From Eledone cirrhosa (Eukaryota), in contig CAXHJY010000117.1 of the NCBI GenBank assembly GCA_964016885.1, positions 7,260 through 71,259 on the forward strand: a stretch of 64,000 nt of DNA, given 5' to 3'. The position numbers were made by a program, and so were the translations under genes. The notes beneath the pieces were generated by a model that was not told the DNA's origin, did no database searches, and was given only the letters and a program-made list of their open reading frames with translations. This document shows, piece after piece, positions 13,465 through 25,698 of this stretch; positions within the stretch are counted from its first letter, which is position 1, and the number at the start of each line of letters is the position of its first letter.

Positions 13465-13944
13465 TCACATGTAGATATATGTATATATATGTACATACAT
13501 ACACAATTGACCGTGCGTGTTGAATACACGTTTCTTAACAAGACTTCACTCATGCTACACAAATATCGCATTGTTTCATGTTTTCATTCTCTCTCTTAAC
13601 TCCTCTCTCCCCTCTCCCTCTCTCTATCGCCCCTCTCGCCCCTCTCTCTCTCTCTCCCTATCCCTCTCTTTCCCCTCTACCGTTCTCCCCCCCTATTTCT
13701 CTATCCCCCTCTCTTCCCCTCCCTCTTTCTCTCACCCCCTCTCTTTCTCTCTCTCTCAGAATATATATATATATACATATATATATATTTCCATTGACAG
13801 TACATTATTTGGTACATCTTCTGGTTTCAATATCATCGTATTCCACGATCATTCCATAAACTCTTCATATAAATACCCTGTATGTTTGCTTTACTGATAC
13901 TCTCAATTCCTTATGATCGTCTTAATAGATATGTAAATAGATTA

Positions 13945-14003
<59 letters not shown>

Positions 14004-14019
14004 GTTCACAAACACACAT

Positions 14020-14560
14020 TTATATATACACACACACATTTATATATACACACACACACATTTTCCTTCATATATACACACGCACAAATGGTTTTTATTG
14101 ACGATAAATATACATGCATGTACATAGAATATTTGAAAAACTATATTATGTTCTGGATAAATACATGTATATGTGTATATATATACACACACACATTTAT
14201 ATATACACACACAGATTTTCCTTCATATATACACACACACACAAATGGTTTTTATTGACGATAAATATACATGCATGTACATAGAATATTTGAAAAACTA
14301 TATTATGTTCTGGATAAATACATGTATATGTGTATATATACATACACACACATATATATAAATAGATTTTCATTCATATTGTGGATATATACATATATAT
14401 GAGTATGTATACATACACATACATATATATATATACACGCATTTTCATTCATATTGTGGATATATACATATGTGTATAAATACATACACATACATATGGA
14501 TGTACACACATTTTCGTTCCTATGCTCACACACATAAATGGTTTTTAATGAAGGTAAACA
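14020..14560 (+). repeat. ~155-bp tandem duplication with degenerate further copies
   Basis: ATGGTTTTTATTGACGATAAATATACATGCATG block at ~14088 and ~14245. Confidence 0.8.
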
Positions 14561-14674
14561 TATATCCATGTGTATATATGCAATATTTAAGATTATATAC
14601 TATATTCTAGTAATCGCTCTGTATAATCAGCTTCTGATTTTTTCTGGAATTCTATAAGAATCCAGCTTATATAA

Positions 14675-14763
14675 TTTTCGGCGAAAGCGGGGAGTGCGTG
14701 GCTCTGATGATCGCCAACAGCGTGAAACAAGCTGTTAGCTTCTCTCCCTTCTTTCGCCGAAAA
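14675..14763 (+). ncRNA. Type I hammerhead with long extended helix I
   Basis: TTTTCGGCGAAAG/CTTTCGCCGAAAA, GGGAG/CTCCC and GGCT/AGCT around CTGATGA (14704-14710), CGC/GCG helix II, GAAA (14724-14727)-CAAGCTG-TT. Confidence 0.8.
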
Positions 14764-14845
14764 GAAGTGACATAGTCACTACTTTAAAACCGATAGCGTA
14801 TGCTCTTCAAGATATTTTTAATTAAACATACAGTATATTGCCAAA

Positions 14846-14917
<72 letters not shown>

Positions 14918-15246
14918 GCAAATGTTCTATTTAAATTGTTGGGATACAACAAGCAAATATTTTTATAACTGATATAAAGCACTCGACAAGTATTTTCTTT
15001 TTTTCTCTCTCTCCGTCATTTTCCTTCTCCGTAAGACAATGACTTACTAAGATAAACAAATCCAATATCCCTGATGTCTTCCAAAAGTAACGGTTGCATT
15101 TTGAAAGGGTATGTCAAAATTTATTTATAAAACTGGTATATATTGTATTTTGTCTGATGAAAGCATACCATAATTTAACATGGTATCCTTGAAATATGTA
15201 TAATAAAATAGATATGGTTTTATAAATATAGTTTCGATTTGTTAAT

Positions 15247-15250
<4 letters not shown>
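14918..15250. mobile_element. Family A element with its 3' tail inverted at the left end
   Basis: 14918-14995 is the reverse complement of ~148-222; 15115-15250 matches 1-130. Confidence 0.75.
15146..15210 (+). ncRNA. Minimal type I hammerhead (family A)
   Basis: TATTTTGT-CTGATGA, helix II AAG/CTT plus ATACCAT/ATGGTAT, GAAA-TATGTA-TA-ATAAAATA. Confidence 0.85.
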
Positions 15251-15287
<37 letters not shown>

Positions 15288-15444
15288 TATACTACAGGGC
15301 AGAAATGCTACAGAGCAGAAATACAATGAAGATGTTTTCTTCCAGACAACTGTCTTGAATCATCGGACATTCGGAGACATTTGCCTGGAGGAAACGATCG
15401 TCAGCAATTAGATGCCTTAAAAGATTTGATTGTTTCATATGTTG

Positions 15445-15922
15445 TATATATATATATATATATATTTATTTAATGTATATATATATATACATATATATTT
15501 AATGTATATATTTAATGTATATATATATACATATATATTTAATGTATATATTTAATGTATATATATATACATATATATTTAATGTATATATATATATATT
15601 TAATGTATATATACATATATTTAATGTGTGTATATATATTGTTAACCTGTATATACCCATATATATATATATATATTTAATGTGTATATATATATATATA
15701 TATATTTAATGTGTGTATATATATATATATATTTAATATGTATATATATATATATTTAATATGTATATATATATATTTAAAAAGTATATATATATTTAAT
15801 AAGTATATATATATTTAATGTGTATATATATTTAATGTGTGTATATATATATATATATTGTGTATATATATATATATTGTGTATATATATATATATTTAA
15901 TGTGTATATATATATATATTTA

Positions 15923-15953
<31 letters not shown>

Positions 15954-15984
15954 ATGTGTATATATATATATATATATATATTTA

Positions 15985-16055
<71 letters not shown>

Positions 16056-16213
16056 TTAATGTGTATATATATATATATATTTAATGTATATATATATATT
16101 TAATGTATATATATATATTTAATGTATATATATATATTTAATGTATATATATATATAAAATGTGTATATATATATAAAATGTGTATATATATATTTAATG
16201 TGTATATATATAT

Positions 16214-16247
<34 letters not shown>

Positions 16248-16392
16248 ATTTAATGTGTGTGTATATATATATATTTAATGTGTATATATATATATATAAT
16301 GTATATATATATATATATAATGTATATATATATATATATTTAATGTGTATATATATATATATTTAATGTGTATATATATATATATATATTTA

Positions 16393-16478
<86 letters not shown>

Positions 16479-16522
16479 ATGTGTATATATATATATATAT
16501 ATATTGTGTATATATATATTTA

Positions 16523-16563
<41 letters not shown>

Positions 16564-16607
16564 ATGTGTATATATATATATATATATATTGTGTATATAT
16601 ATATTTA

Positions 16608-16639
<32 letters not shown>

Positions 16640-16644
16640 ATTTA

Positions 16645-16688
<44 letters not shown>

Positions 16689-16774
16689 TTAATGTGTATA
16701 TATATACATATATATATGTATATATATTTAATGTATATATATATACATATATATATGTATATATATTTAATGTG

Positions 16775-16807
<33 letters not shown>

Positions 16808-16822
16808 TTAATGTGTATATAT

Positions 16823-16873
<51 letters not shown>

Positions 16874-16881
16874 TATGTGTG

Positions 16882-16913
<32 letters not shown>

Positions 16914-16950
16914 ATGTGTACATATATATAAATATATATATATATTTAAT
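15445..16950. repeat. (TA)n array punctuated by TTTAATGTG
   Basis: Directly visible. Confidence 0.95.
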
Positions 16951-17022
16951 GCACATGCGTATGAGAGGGGGATCAAGTGATGACAATTCTTGAAATTAAT
17001 AAGTAGCCATAAAACACACACA

Positions 17023-17054
<32 letters not shown>

Positions 17055-17897
17055 CACATACACATATAAACACACACAGACGTGTGTGTGTTTATGTGTC
17101 TGTATTTATATATATATATGTGTCTGTATTTATATATATATATGTGTCTGTATTTATATATATATATGTGTCTGTGTTTATATATATATATGTGTGTGTG
17201 TTTATATATATATATATGTATATATATGTTTGTGTGTGGGTACAGATAGCTGGGCAAAATACCTGGGTCGTTAGCGATGTCTGTCCCGTTGTTTGTCTCA
17301 ATACATAACAATACTATCTTTAATAATAACCCTCACTGAAGAGCCAGTAAAGTATGTGATATCATTGATATACTCTGTATTAAACTACATATTTCTCTAC
17401 CTACTCTATATAACATACAATCATTTTGTTCACTAAGTCGCTATTATGTTTCTTTCTATTGACAAGGCTCCCTGGTAAATGCCACAGCTGACACCCTCTC
17501 TAATTAGCTAATTAGAGCTGTGTTTGTGTACAACCATGTAGATGCTCTTACGTGCATCTACATGGTTGTACCCCCCCCCCCACACACACACACGAAAAAT
17601 AATTGTTTTTATAAGAACAATTCATCCATATAAGATGCTCTACCTGGAAACTTAAAAGTGTAATTATTTTTCCTATGTATTGCGACTTTTGGTCCAACCT
17701 GTATATATGTATATAGATATGTTTATGTGTGTGTGAGTGTGTGTGAGTCCCGGGTTCAATCGGGGGTAACCACACGTACTCAATACAATATATATGTATG
17801 TGTATATATGTATGTGTATATATGTATATATATATATATAGCGGCGATGAATTAGTTTTGCGAGGTTTTTTTTATATGAAATCGTGTGTCGAAACAA

Positions 17898-18350
17898 ATA
17901 TTGTTATACTTGGGGAGGGTCATATTTGTGTAATATTGCCAGAATTAATAACAGAACACACTCACTGTTTGGTTGGTTTTCACTTCTCGCTTCTGTGTCT
18001 TTTATATCGGTAATCTAACTTACTCGGTCCTCAATGTTGCCATTGACTGACCGACGGTCAAAAATAATACAGATACAAACACATATATATAGTTTATCAT
18101 AAATCTTTCCTTGCACATCTGCAACATCGTCAGTGGTGCTATATTTTCCTCCTGTTATATATGTGTTTGTGTCTATATTGTATTTGTATTATTTTTGACC
18201 GTCGGTCAGTCAATGGCAACATTGACCACCGAATAAATTAGATTACCGATATAAAAGACACAGAAGCGAGAAGCGAAAACCAACCAAACAGTGAGTGTGT
18301 TCTGTTATTAATGCTGGCAATATTACACAAATATGACCCTCCCCAAGTAT

Positions 18351-18358
<8 letters not shown>
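17898..18358. mobile_element. Family D fold-back element
   Basis: Inverted arms ~17898-18085 and 18163-18358; hammerhead core in the spacer. Confidence 0.85.
18094..18139 (-). ncRNA. Hammerhead-like fold (family D)
   Basis: Minus: CTGACGA-TGTTGCA-GATG-TGCAAG-GAAA-GATT-TA; helix I weak. Confidence 0.55.
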
Positions 18359-18398
<40 letters not shown>

Positions 18399-18636
18399 CG
18401 CGCTCTGTGTGTGAATATATATCCAACACAAATGCTCCCTCCCTCAGTAAGTTTTCCCCTCTCTAGCATAAATATGGGTGTTTACGAGTGTTTTTGTTGT
18501 GTATTTATGGAAATACAATATATGAATCTGTAATTCCTGGTGAAATAAGACATGCTGTATTGTCAAATAACGTTTTTTGGGGCATCTGAGAGGGTCCAAG
18601 CTCTCATCGAGGGTCGTAGAGAAAGGGAGAGAGAAA

Positions 18637-18674
<38 letters not shown>

Positions 18675-18816
18675 TCTCAGCTGATACTTTTTTACTCGAA
18701 AAGATTAAAGGTTAAGTTGACACAGGTGGGATTTGAACGTATAACGCGAAACATTTGATCCGGCTTTCTAACGAAAGTGCCAAATCGTTGAATCTCTATC
18801 AATATATGAATGCATG

Positions 18817-19148
18817 GTAGAGAGTCGGACGCCATGCTTTCCAGCATAGTTACGTCCCTTTACGATCTGAGTTCAAATCCGGCCGAGGTTGACTTTCCCT
18901 TTCATCCTTACGGGGGTCGATAAAATAAAGTACCAGTAATGCACTGGGTAATTTGCTGGCCTTGTGCCAAAAGTAGAAACAATTATTAACTACTGCAAAA
19001 TCATTTGATTTGCAGTAATCGATAGAGCGTCAGTCAACATGCTTTGCAGCATAGAGGTTAGCTTTGCCTTTCATCCTTACGGGGTCGATAAAATAAAGTA
19101 CCAGTAATGCACTGGGTAATTGCTGGCCTTGTGCCTAAAGTAGAAACA
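18817..19148 (+). mobile_element. Dimeric main-family SINE inside one TSD pair
   Basis: Two SINE bodies; AATATATGAATGCATG at 18801-18816 and 19149-19164. Confidence 0.85.
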
Positions 19149-19604
19149 AATATATGAATGCATGTTCCCGTAACTCCTGGGTTTGTCGTAGAGGCTATGT
19201 ATTGACATAGAGTTGCTTAGGGCGGCTTTTTAAAAACCTGGTGGAGCTCAGTTCATCTCCATATGTCGTCCAGAGGAAGTGAGAGAGGAAGTGAGAGAGG
19301 AAGTGAGAGAGGAAGTGAGAGAGGAGGTGAGAGAGGAGGTGAGAGAGGAGGTGAGAGAGAGATATACAGGAGGAATTGAGCCCATGATGAAATGTAAAAT
19401 TGACGTCAACGGGATTTGAACTGAGAATGCAGAGAGTCGGGACAAATAGTGGAAAGTATTTTATCCGACGTTCTGCCAGTTTGCCGCCATATCAATGCCT
19501 GCAAATGATACGACCTCTCCCTGATATATTACGTGAGGGCGTTTATTGAATTCAGTACAATGATGTTTCTTTGCAAAATTGGGACCTCCGACATAATCCA
19601 CAAT

Positions 19605-19864
19605 GTAAAGGAAAGGAAGATAAACAAATGCCGGCGATTGTCCGGCCGCTTCCTCTTCGTACAGGTCGCCGTCCAGACTTCAAGCATACTCGGACCCCGT
19701 ACTGCCGTGCTCCTCCGAAAGATCGGAACGTCAACAGCCCCGTCTGGGGAAAGGAGACCCGCGAGGTTGAGTGGTTGTTGCAGCGGGTGTCGCTGGCCAT
19801 TGTCCGCGGGAATGCTTTTGCGATCTTGTCCGTTGGGCGCAGCTGCGTTTCTGCTGCGCCCTAG
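19605..19864 (+). pseudogene. CRE-clade-like non-LTR retrotransposon C-terminal restriction-like endonuclease fragment (frameshifted)
   Basis: FLFVQVAVQTSSILGPRTAVLLRKIG, then in another frame EVEWLLQRVSLAIVRGNAFAIL; resembles the FxPxAxETxG...QRxSxAxQRGNA C-terminus. Confidence 0.75.
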
Positions 19865-20324
19865 GCCTAGAGACCATCACCCCCGAACCAACCCCTCACC
19901 TCCATTCTTCTGTGACCCAGATCTTTGCCCTTACCTTCTTTTCCTGTGTTCATAACCACAAAAGACACTTGAATTTTTTTACAATAAATCGCATTTACAA
20001 ATAAAATGGAGAAATTGGAAAAACAGCATTATGTAACTATGAATTATGTATATATATATATTTAGATATGTATATGGTATATATATATATATATATATTA
20101 GAGAGAGAGAGAGAGCATATTTATATGTAACTACGGCTTATTTATATATATATGTATATGTATGTATATGTATATATTTATATGTAACTATGTGTATATG
20201 TAAATATGGTCATATATAAATATATATATGACCAAAGATTAATATGGTTCATTGATTACTCAATGAATACAGATTTACAATAGATTAAAAACACCCAACA
20301 AGGAAGTTTTCTGGAGTTATTAAT

Positions 20325-20499
20325 ATTATTCAAAATATTAATAAATGAAGACATTCACATAATCAAAATATATATTTTATTATATATATTTCGAAGGTAC
20401 TGTGCTGTTTTTTCAGTACGTCCTCATCAGATAAAATACATGAATTGATGTATGACATATATTTTGATTATGTGAATGTCTTCATTTATTACTATTTTG

Positions 20500-20506
<7 letters not shown>
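20325..20506. mobile_element. Family A-related fold-back element
   Basis: Inverted arms ~20327-20371 and 20458-20506 around a hammerhead. Confidence 0.75.
20373..20438 (-). ncRNA. Minimal type I hammerhead
   Basis: Minus: TATTTTAT-CTGATGA, helix II GTACTG/CAGTAC, GAAA-TATATA-TA-ATAAAATA. Confidence 0.87.
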
Positions 20507-20530
<24 letters not shown>

Positions 20531-20716
20531 GGGCGGGTAAAATTCCCGAGATCCATGGACGAGTTCTTTCCAGCGGTCTCTGTCCCTCATTATCGCTGCC
20601 ATGTCCTGCTTCTCCAACAGACCGGTGTCTGTCCTTAGGGCATCGGCATACGTTAACCTTGGTCTTCCACTTCCAGTGTGTCCATGTAGAGGCTCCCACA
20701 GGAGTATGGGGTGGCA
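20531..20716 (-). pseudogene. RTE-type LINE ORF C-terminal fragment
   Basis: Minus frame ILLWEPLHGHTGSGRPRLTYADALRTDTGLLEKQDMAAIMRDRDRWKELV (W-x-P-x-HG...GRP...DR-x-x-W pattern). Confidence 0.75.
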
Positions 20717-20909
20717 GTTTCCCTCTCTCTCAAAAAAGCGGGATACATGTATAGTAACTATAGAACTCCATGAAGAAATGAATGTTGCCGATTCCTTCTA
20801 ACAACAACTTGTCTTAAACATCTATAAAGACACGGACGAATCGAGATGGTTCTGCCACCGTACATATGTCTATATATTCATATATATATATTATATATAT
20901 ATATATATA

Positions 20910-21040
20910 ACAAAGGAATTGTGGTAAGGAACCAGATGGACCATAACGCACCAAAGTACTCAATACTTAGGGTAGTAGAGTGGATAATAGGAACGAGTCG
21001 AAACGGCTCGAGCTCAGCCGTCGGGGTCCTACTCGTTCCT
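20910..21040. mobile_element. Family C element, short fold-back
   Basis: Same GTGGTAAGGAACCAG terminus; arms AGGAACGAGT/ACTCGTTCCT. Confidence 0.8.
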
Positions 21041-21116
21041 ATATATATATATATATATAATAAATGCTCGATAAGGATAAATATGTATCAAATATATAAG
21101 AACCCTAGAGCAAATA

Positions 21117-21251
21117 TTTATTAAAATAACAGATCAAAGTTTAAGCAAAGAATCGCTGCTTTCACCCTTAACAGGATCTTCTGAAGGTCAGTTTCAGAAG
21201 ATCCCGTTAAGGGTGAAAGTAGCGAATCTTTGCCTAAACTTTAATCTTTTA

Positions 21252-21258
<7 letters not shown>
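21117..21258. mobile_element. Family I fold-back element
   Basis: Inverted arms ~21120-21186 and 21193-21258. Confidence 0.8.
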
Positions 21259-21309
<51 letters not shown>

Positions 21310-21569
21310 AGTGTGTGTGTGTAAATATGTGTATATATGTGTGTGCGTAAATATTTGTATATATATGTGTGTGTGTGTGTAAATATTTGTATATATATAT
21401 ATATGTGTGTGTGTGAGTAAATATTGGTATATATGTGTGTGTGTGTAAATATCTGTGTATATGTATGTATCTGTGTCTGTGTGTGTTTATATATATATAT
21501 GTATGTGTGAAAATACATATATGTATACGTGTGCATATGTGTATGTATATATATATTTGTGTATATATG

Positions 21570-21610
<41 letters not shown>

Positions 21611-21689
21611 ATATATATATTTGTGTATATATGTATATATATGTGTGTATGTATATATATATTTGTGTATATATGTATATATATGTGTG

Positions 21690-21722
<33 letters not shown>

Positions 21723-21826
21723 GCGTGTGTGTTTCTATGTATATATATAAACAGAAATAACTACACAACCTGTACAGTATATGGAAGGTATATATTAGGT
21801 TAAAGCTTGATATAGCAGGAAGAGGC

Positions 21827-21862
21827 TCTTAACGTTTCGGACGCTAGTCCTTCATCAGAAGA
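21827..21862 (-). ncRNA. Ultra-minimal hammerhead (family K)
   Basis: Minus: TCTT-CTGATGA-A-GGAC-TAGC-GTCC-GAAA-CG-TT-AAGA; element ~21750-21905, second copy ~46806-46990. Confidence 0.85.
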
Positions 21863-21955
21863 AAGAATGAGAAATAAGATAGATGGAGGGGACGGGCGGG
21901 ATGGAATTGGAAAAAATGTCTTTAGATAAAAATAACAGGTCCATTCATGTTGACA

Positions 21956-23146
21956 TCTTTATATATATAAAAGCGAGGATGTGTGTGTCTGTGTACAACT
22001 TTATATGCATAAGGCTTTCACAATTACCAACTGAATTTTCTGTGCACGTTGCACAGGTCGCTAAGATTGTCACATCACAAACATTTTTCAAATCGACCCA
22101 CGTTGAGCAATAAAAAATCGATATTAAAATTATCGGTAGAAAAATAGATGTAAGGGAGATAACAAACTTTATTGACAATCCTTATAAAAAAGGGAGATAA
22201 CCAACTTTTCAGAAAGTGGTTTACCTCCTAATACATTGGTTCTGAAAGAGGGAACACCAGTTATTTTGCTGAGAAATATCACTCCTCCAAAACTATGCAA
22301 TGGTACAAGCCTTGTGGTTAAAAAACTGTCTCCACTTAGTATTGACGCTACCATTCTATCCGGATTTAGAAAAGGCGAGGATGCGATAACAAAAATTAGC
22401 CTGACTACATCAGGCGTGGATACTCCCTTCTCCTTTCGCCGAACCCAATTTCCCCTTCGTGTTGCCTTTGCGATGTCCATAAACAAGTCGCAAGGTCAAA
22501 CTCTCTCCCTCGCTGGAATTCACTTGGATGAACCTTGCTTTTCGCACGGACAATTCTACGTTGCCTGCTCACAAGATGGCAGTCGAGATAATCTCTTTGT
22601 GTTTGTTCCGAAAAGAAAAACAAAGAATATCGTCTATCGTCTATCCTGAGGTGATTTAATGTTAACAAAAAAACTTATTACAGCTCTGCCTTAACTTCAC
22701 CTTACTCATTACAAAACATATCAATGAATATGTCATGCAGGATATTTTGGATTAAAAGTTAAAAATTTAACCATACACAGCAAAGGATGCTCTCAAAGAA
22801 TAGATTTTCTCTTATTCTACTCTCATTGTTTTTTTTTTTTTGTTTGTATACAACTCTTCTTTCATTACAACCTTTTGTACTTTAGCAAAACTGCCTGTTT
22901 TTTTACAGATTTGCAACGTGTATTGTCTTTAATCATTTGTATAACTACATCCTCTTCAGTGTTTTCCTTCATTATCAACATAGTTTTATGTGTACAAAGA
23001 TTGCACTAAATATTCGTTTGCATTAATTATTGAAGACTTCTGATTATTTTGACAGGTTGGGGACAAATAATGTTCTTCTTTTACTTCCTAGCTGTATATT
23101 CTTAGCATAATTTCAAACCCCGAGCAACGCCGAGTAAATCTGCTAG
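21956..23146 (+). mobile_element. Internally deleted Helitron
   Basis: 5' TCTTTATATATATAAAA after an A; degenerate 3' hairpin CCCGAGCAACGCCGAG then CTAG (23143-23146) before a T; helicase remnant inside. Confidence 0.85.
22236..22649 (+). pseudogene. Helitron RepHel PIF1-family helicase C-terminal fragment
   Basis: VILLRNI...LCNGT...RTQFPLRVAFAMSINKSQGQTL...FSHGQFYVACS...TKNIVY; N-terminal motifs and Rep domain absent. Confidence 0.92.
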
Positions 23147-23181
<35 letters not shown>

Positions 23182-23196
23182 TTGTAAATATATATG

Positions 23197-23234
<38 letters not shown>

Positions 23235-23236
<2 letters not shown>

Positions 23237-23340
23237 GCGATGAGTCTTTGATTACAGCGTCGGCTTAGATCGATACAGTTTGAACCTTGAGCTGATCAAT
23301 AGCGAAACGCACGTCACCAACCAATAAACGAAATGAAGGA
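23235..23340 (+). mobile_element. Family F-related fragment with damaged hammerhead
   Basis: GCGATGA-GTCTTTGATTACAG...GAGCTGATCAATAGC-GAAA-CGCACG-TC-ACCAACCAATAAA. Confidence 0.55.
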
Positions 23341-23373
<33 letters not shown>

Positions 23374-23599
23374 ATATTATATATATATAGTGTGTGTGTG
23401 TGTTTAAGAGATAGTAACTGTGATATGTCGAAGTTGATAGTGAGGGTTGTAGTGATGTAGAGAAATGTTATGAGAGGAAAGGTGGGGGCGGGGGTAGTAG
23501 GGAGGTGGCGGGGAGTCAGTCTAAATGTTTGGCGCCAAATAGAAGTTCTGATACTGTCTGACTGACTGATGATATTACTGACATCTACAGTGTGGCTAT

Positions 23600-24435
23600 T
23601 ATCACTATCGTTATCATCATCATCATCATCGTTATCATCATCATCATCATCTTAACAATCATCATCATCACTATCTTAATCACCATCATCATTGTTGCAA
23701 CCATCATCGCCATCTTAACTATCTATCATCATCATCATCATCATTTTAACCATCATCATCATCATCATCACAGCTAGCAGCAGCATCGCAAACATAATCA
23801 TCATCATCATCATCATCACCACCACCACCACATCATCATAACCATCATCATCAGAACTATAACCATCAGAACCATAACCATTACATGCATCATCATTATC
23901 GTCATTATCATCATCACGATCGCCATCATGATTATCGTTGTCATAATCGATTTCATCACCATCATCACCATACTCGTTATCCTAAACATAACCACCACCA
24001 CCACAACAGTCTCCACCACCAGTCTCCACCACCACCAGTCTCCACCACCAGTCTCCACCACCACCACCAACACCAGTCTCCACCACCAACACCAGTCTCC
24101 ACCACCACCACAGTCTCCACCACCACCACAGTCTCCACCACCACCACAGTCTCCACCACCACCACCACCACCACCACAGTCTCCACCACCACAGTCTCCA
24201 CCACAGTCTCCACCACCACAGTCTCCACCACAGTCTCCACCACCACAGTCTCCACCACCACCACCACCACCACAGTCTCCACCACCACCACCACCACCAC
24301 AGTCTCCACCACCACCACCACCACCACAGTCTCCACCACCACCACCACCACCACAGTCTCCACCACCACCACAGTCTCCACCACCACCACAGTCTCCATC
24401 ACCTCCCCTACCACCACAGCCTCCACCACCATTAC
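23600..24435. repeat. (CAT)n then (CCA)n/CAGTCTCCA trinucleotide-derived array
   Basis: Directly visible. Confidence 0.9.
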
Positions 24436-24471
24436 CAGTATGCCCATCACTCAAATATATCTGATAGCAGA

Positions 24472-24528
24472 TCACATGACGCCCACGTCACGTGATGATG
24501 TCACATGCCATCTTGACGTCATGTTTAC
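24472..24528. promoter_or_regulatory. Dense cluster of transcription-factor consensus sites
   Basis: TCACATGA, GTCACGTGA, GTCACATG, GCCATCTT, TGACGTCA and TGTTTAC within 57 bp. Confidence 0.4.
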
Positions 24529-24559
24529 ACAGGAGCTGTAGATGTTGTTTGTGGCGTAC

Positions 24560-25170
24560 GTGGTGAGGGTGGTGGTGGTGATGACGACGATGGTGGAGGA
24601 GGTGGTGGTGATGACGACGATGGTGGAGGAGGTGGTAGTGATGACGACGATGGTGGAGGAGGTGGTAGTGATGACGACGATGGTGGAGGAGGAGGTGGTA
24701 GAGATGACGACGATGGTGGAGGAGGTGGTGGTGGAGGAGGTGGTAGTGATTTTTGTTGTTGTTGTTGTTGTTGGTTGTGGCGATGTGTTGTTGTTGTTGT
24801 TGTCATACAGTACCCCTTCATGACCCATCTATCGTCACAAACACTGTCACACTCACACTCACACTCACACACTCTCACTCTCACTCTCACTCACACTCAC
24901 ACACTCACACTCATACACACTCACTCACACACTCACACTCACTCACACTCACACACTCACACTCACACCGTCACATACACTCACACACTCACTCACACTC
25001 AGTCACATACTCACACACTCAATCACATACTCACACACTCAATCACAATCAGTCACATACTCACACACTCAATCACAATCAGTCACATACTCACACACTC
25101 AGTCACATACTCACACACTGTCACACACACACATACACACACACACACATACTCACACTCACTCTCTCTC
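24560..25170. repeat. (TGG/TGA)n 30-bp units followed by (CACT/CA)n
   Basis: Directly visible. Confidence 0.9.
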
Positions 25171-25653
25171 TCAGTGAACAAATCAAATATACAGGCATTT
25201 GTATTTCAGAGTTAACAAACTAGCTATGTGATACTCCTTGTTGGGGTTGCAACTCACTGAGGTGTAGTGTGGTAGTGTTCGGGACATTTAGTGTGGTAAT
25301 GAGGATGCACACACACACAGAGCTAACCTCCCGCTGACGAAATGACCCCACGCCTAATTACGTAATTCATACTATCATTACCTAATATTCTGCACATGGC
25401 TTCACCTTTCAGTGCACGACCAGCAGTTCGGTACCGTGGAAACTGTTATAGCAATCCGGGTACTGTATCATATTTCTCACACAGTCGTTTTTTTTCACTG
25501 TTTAACGAAAGTGTGCACTCTGGCCAGCTGGATTCGAATTTTAATAACACGAACTTAGTTCACAATTGAGTGGGAGGGTAAATGACTGAAGCTATGTCCT
25601 TTCTATTCGACTTGCTTCGTCTCGTAATTATATATATATATATATATATGCTC

Positions 25654-25698
25654 GAGTCACCGATGACGGATAAGAGTCCAGAAACAGCTGTGTGGCTT
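25654..25698 (+). ncRNA. Variant, probably inactive hammerhead
   Basis: GAGTCA-CCGATGA-CGGA..TCCA-GAAA-CAGCTG-TG-TGGCTT; core T>C change and G at the cleavage position. Confidence 0.6.

Noticed and set aside
15325-15408. GAAA-CGATCG-TC half hammerhead
   Set aside because: The 5' core and helix I partner are missing, replaced by a short local inversion.
17336-17370. CTGAAGA motif
   Set aside because: No matching GAAA, helix III or helix I downstream.
22236-22649. Host PIF1 helicase gene
   Set aside because: Only the C-terminal motifs are present, within Helitron termini.
23816-24890. Extensin-, mucin- or glycine-rich ORFs (QSPPPP, VSTTTT, GGDC)
   Set aside because: Trinucleotide-derived repeat open in nearly all frames; no supporting gene structure.
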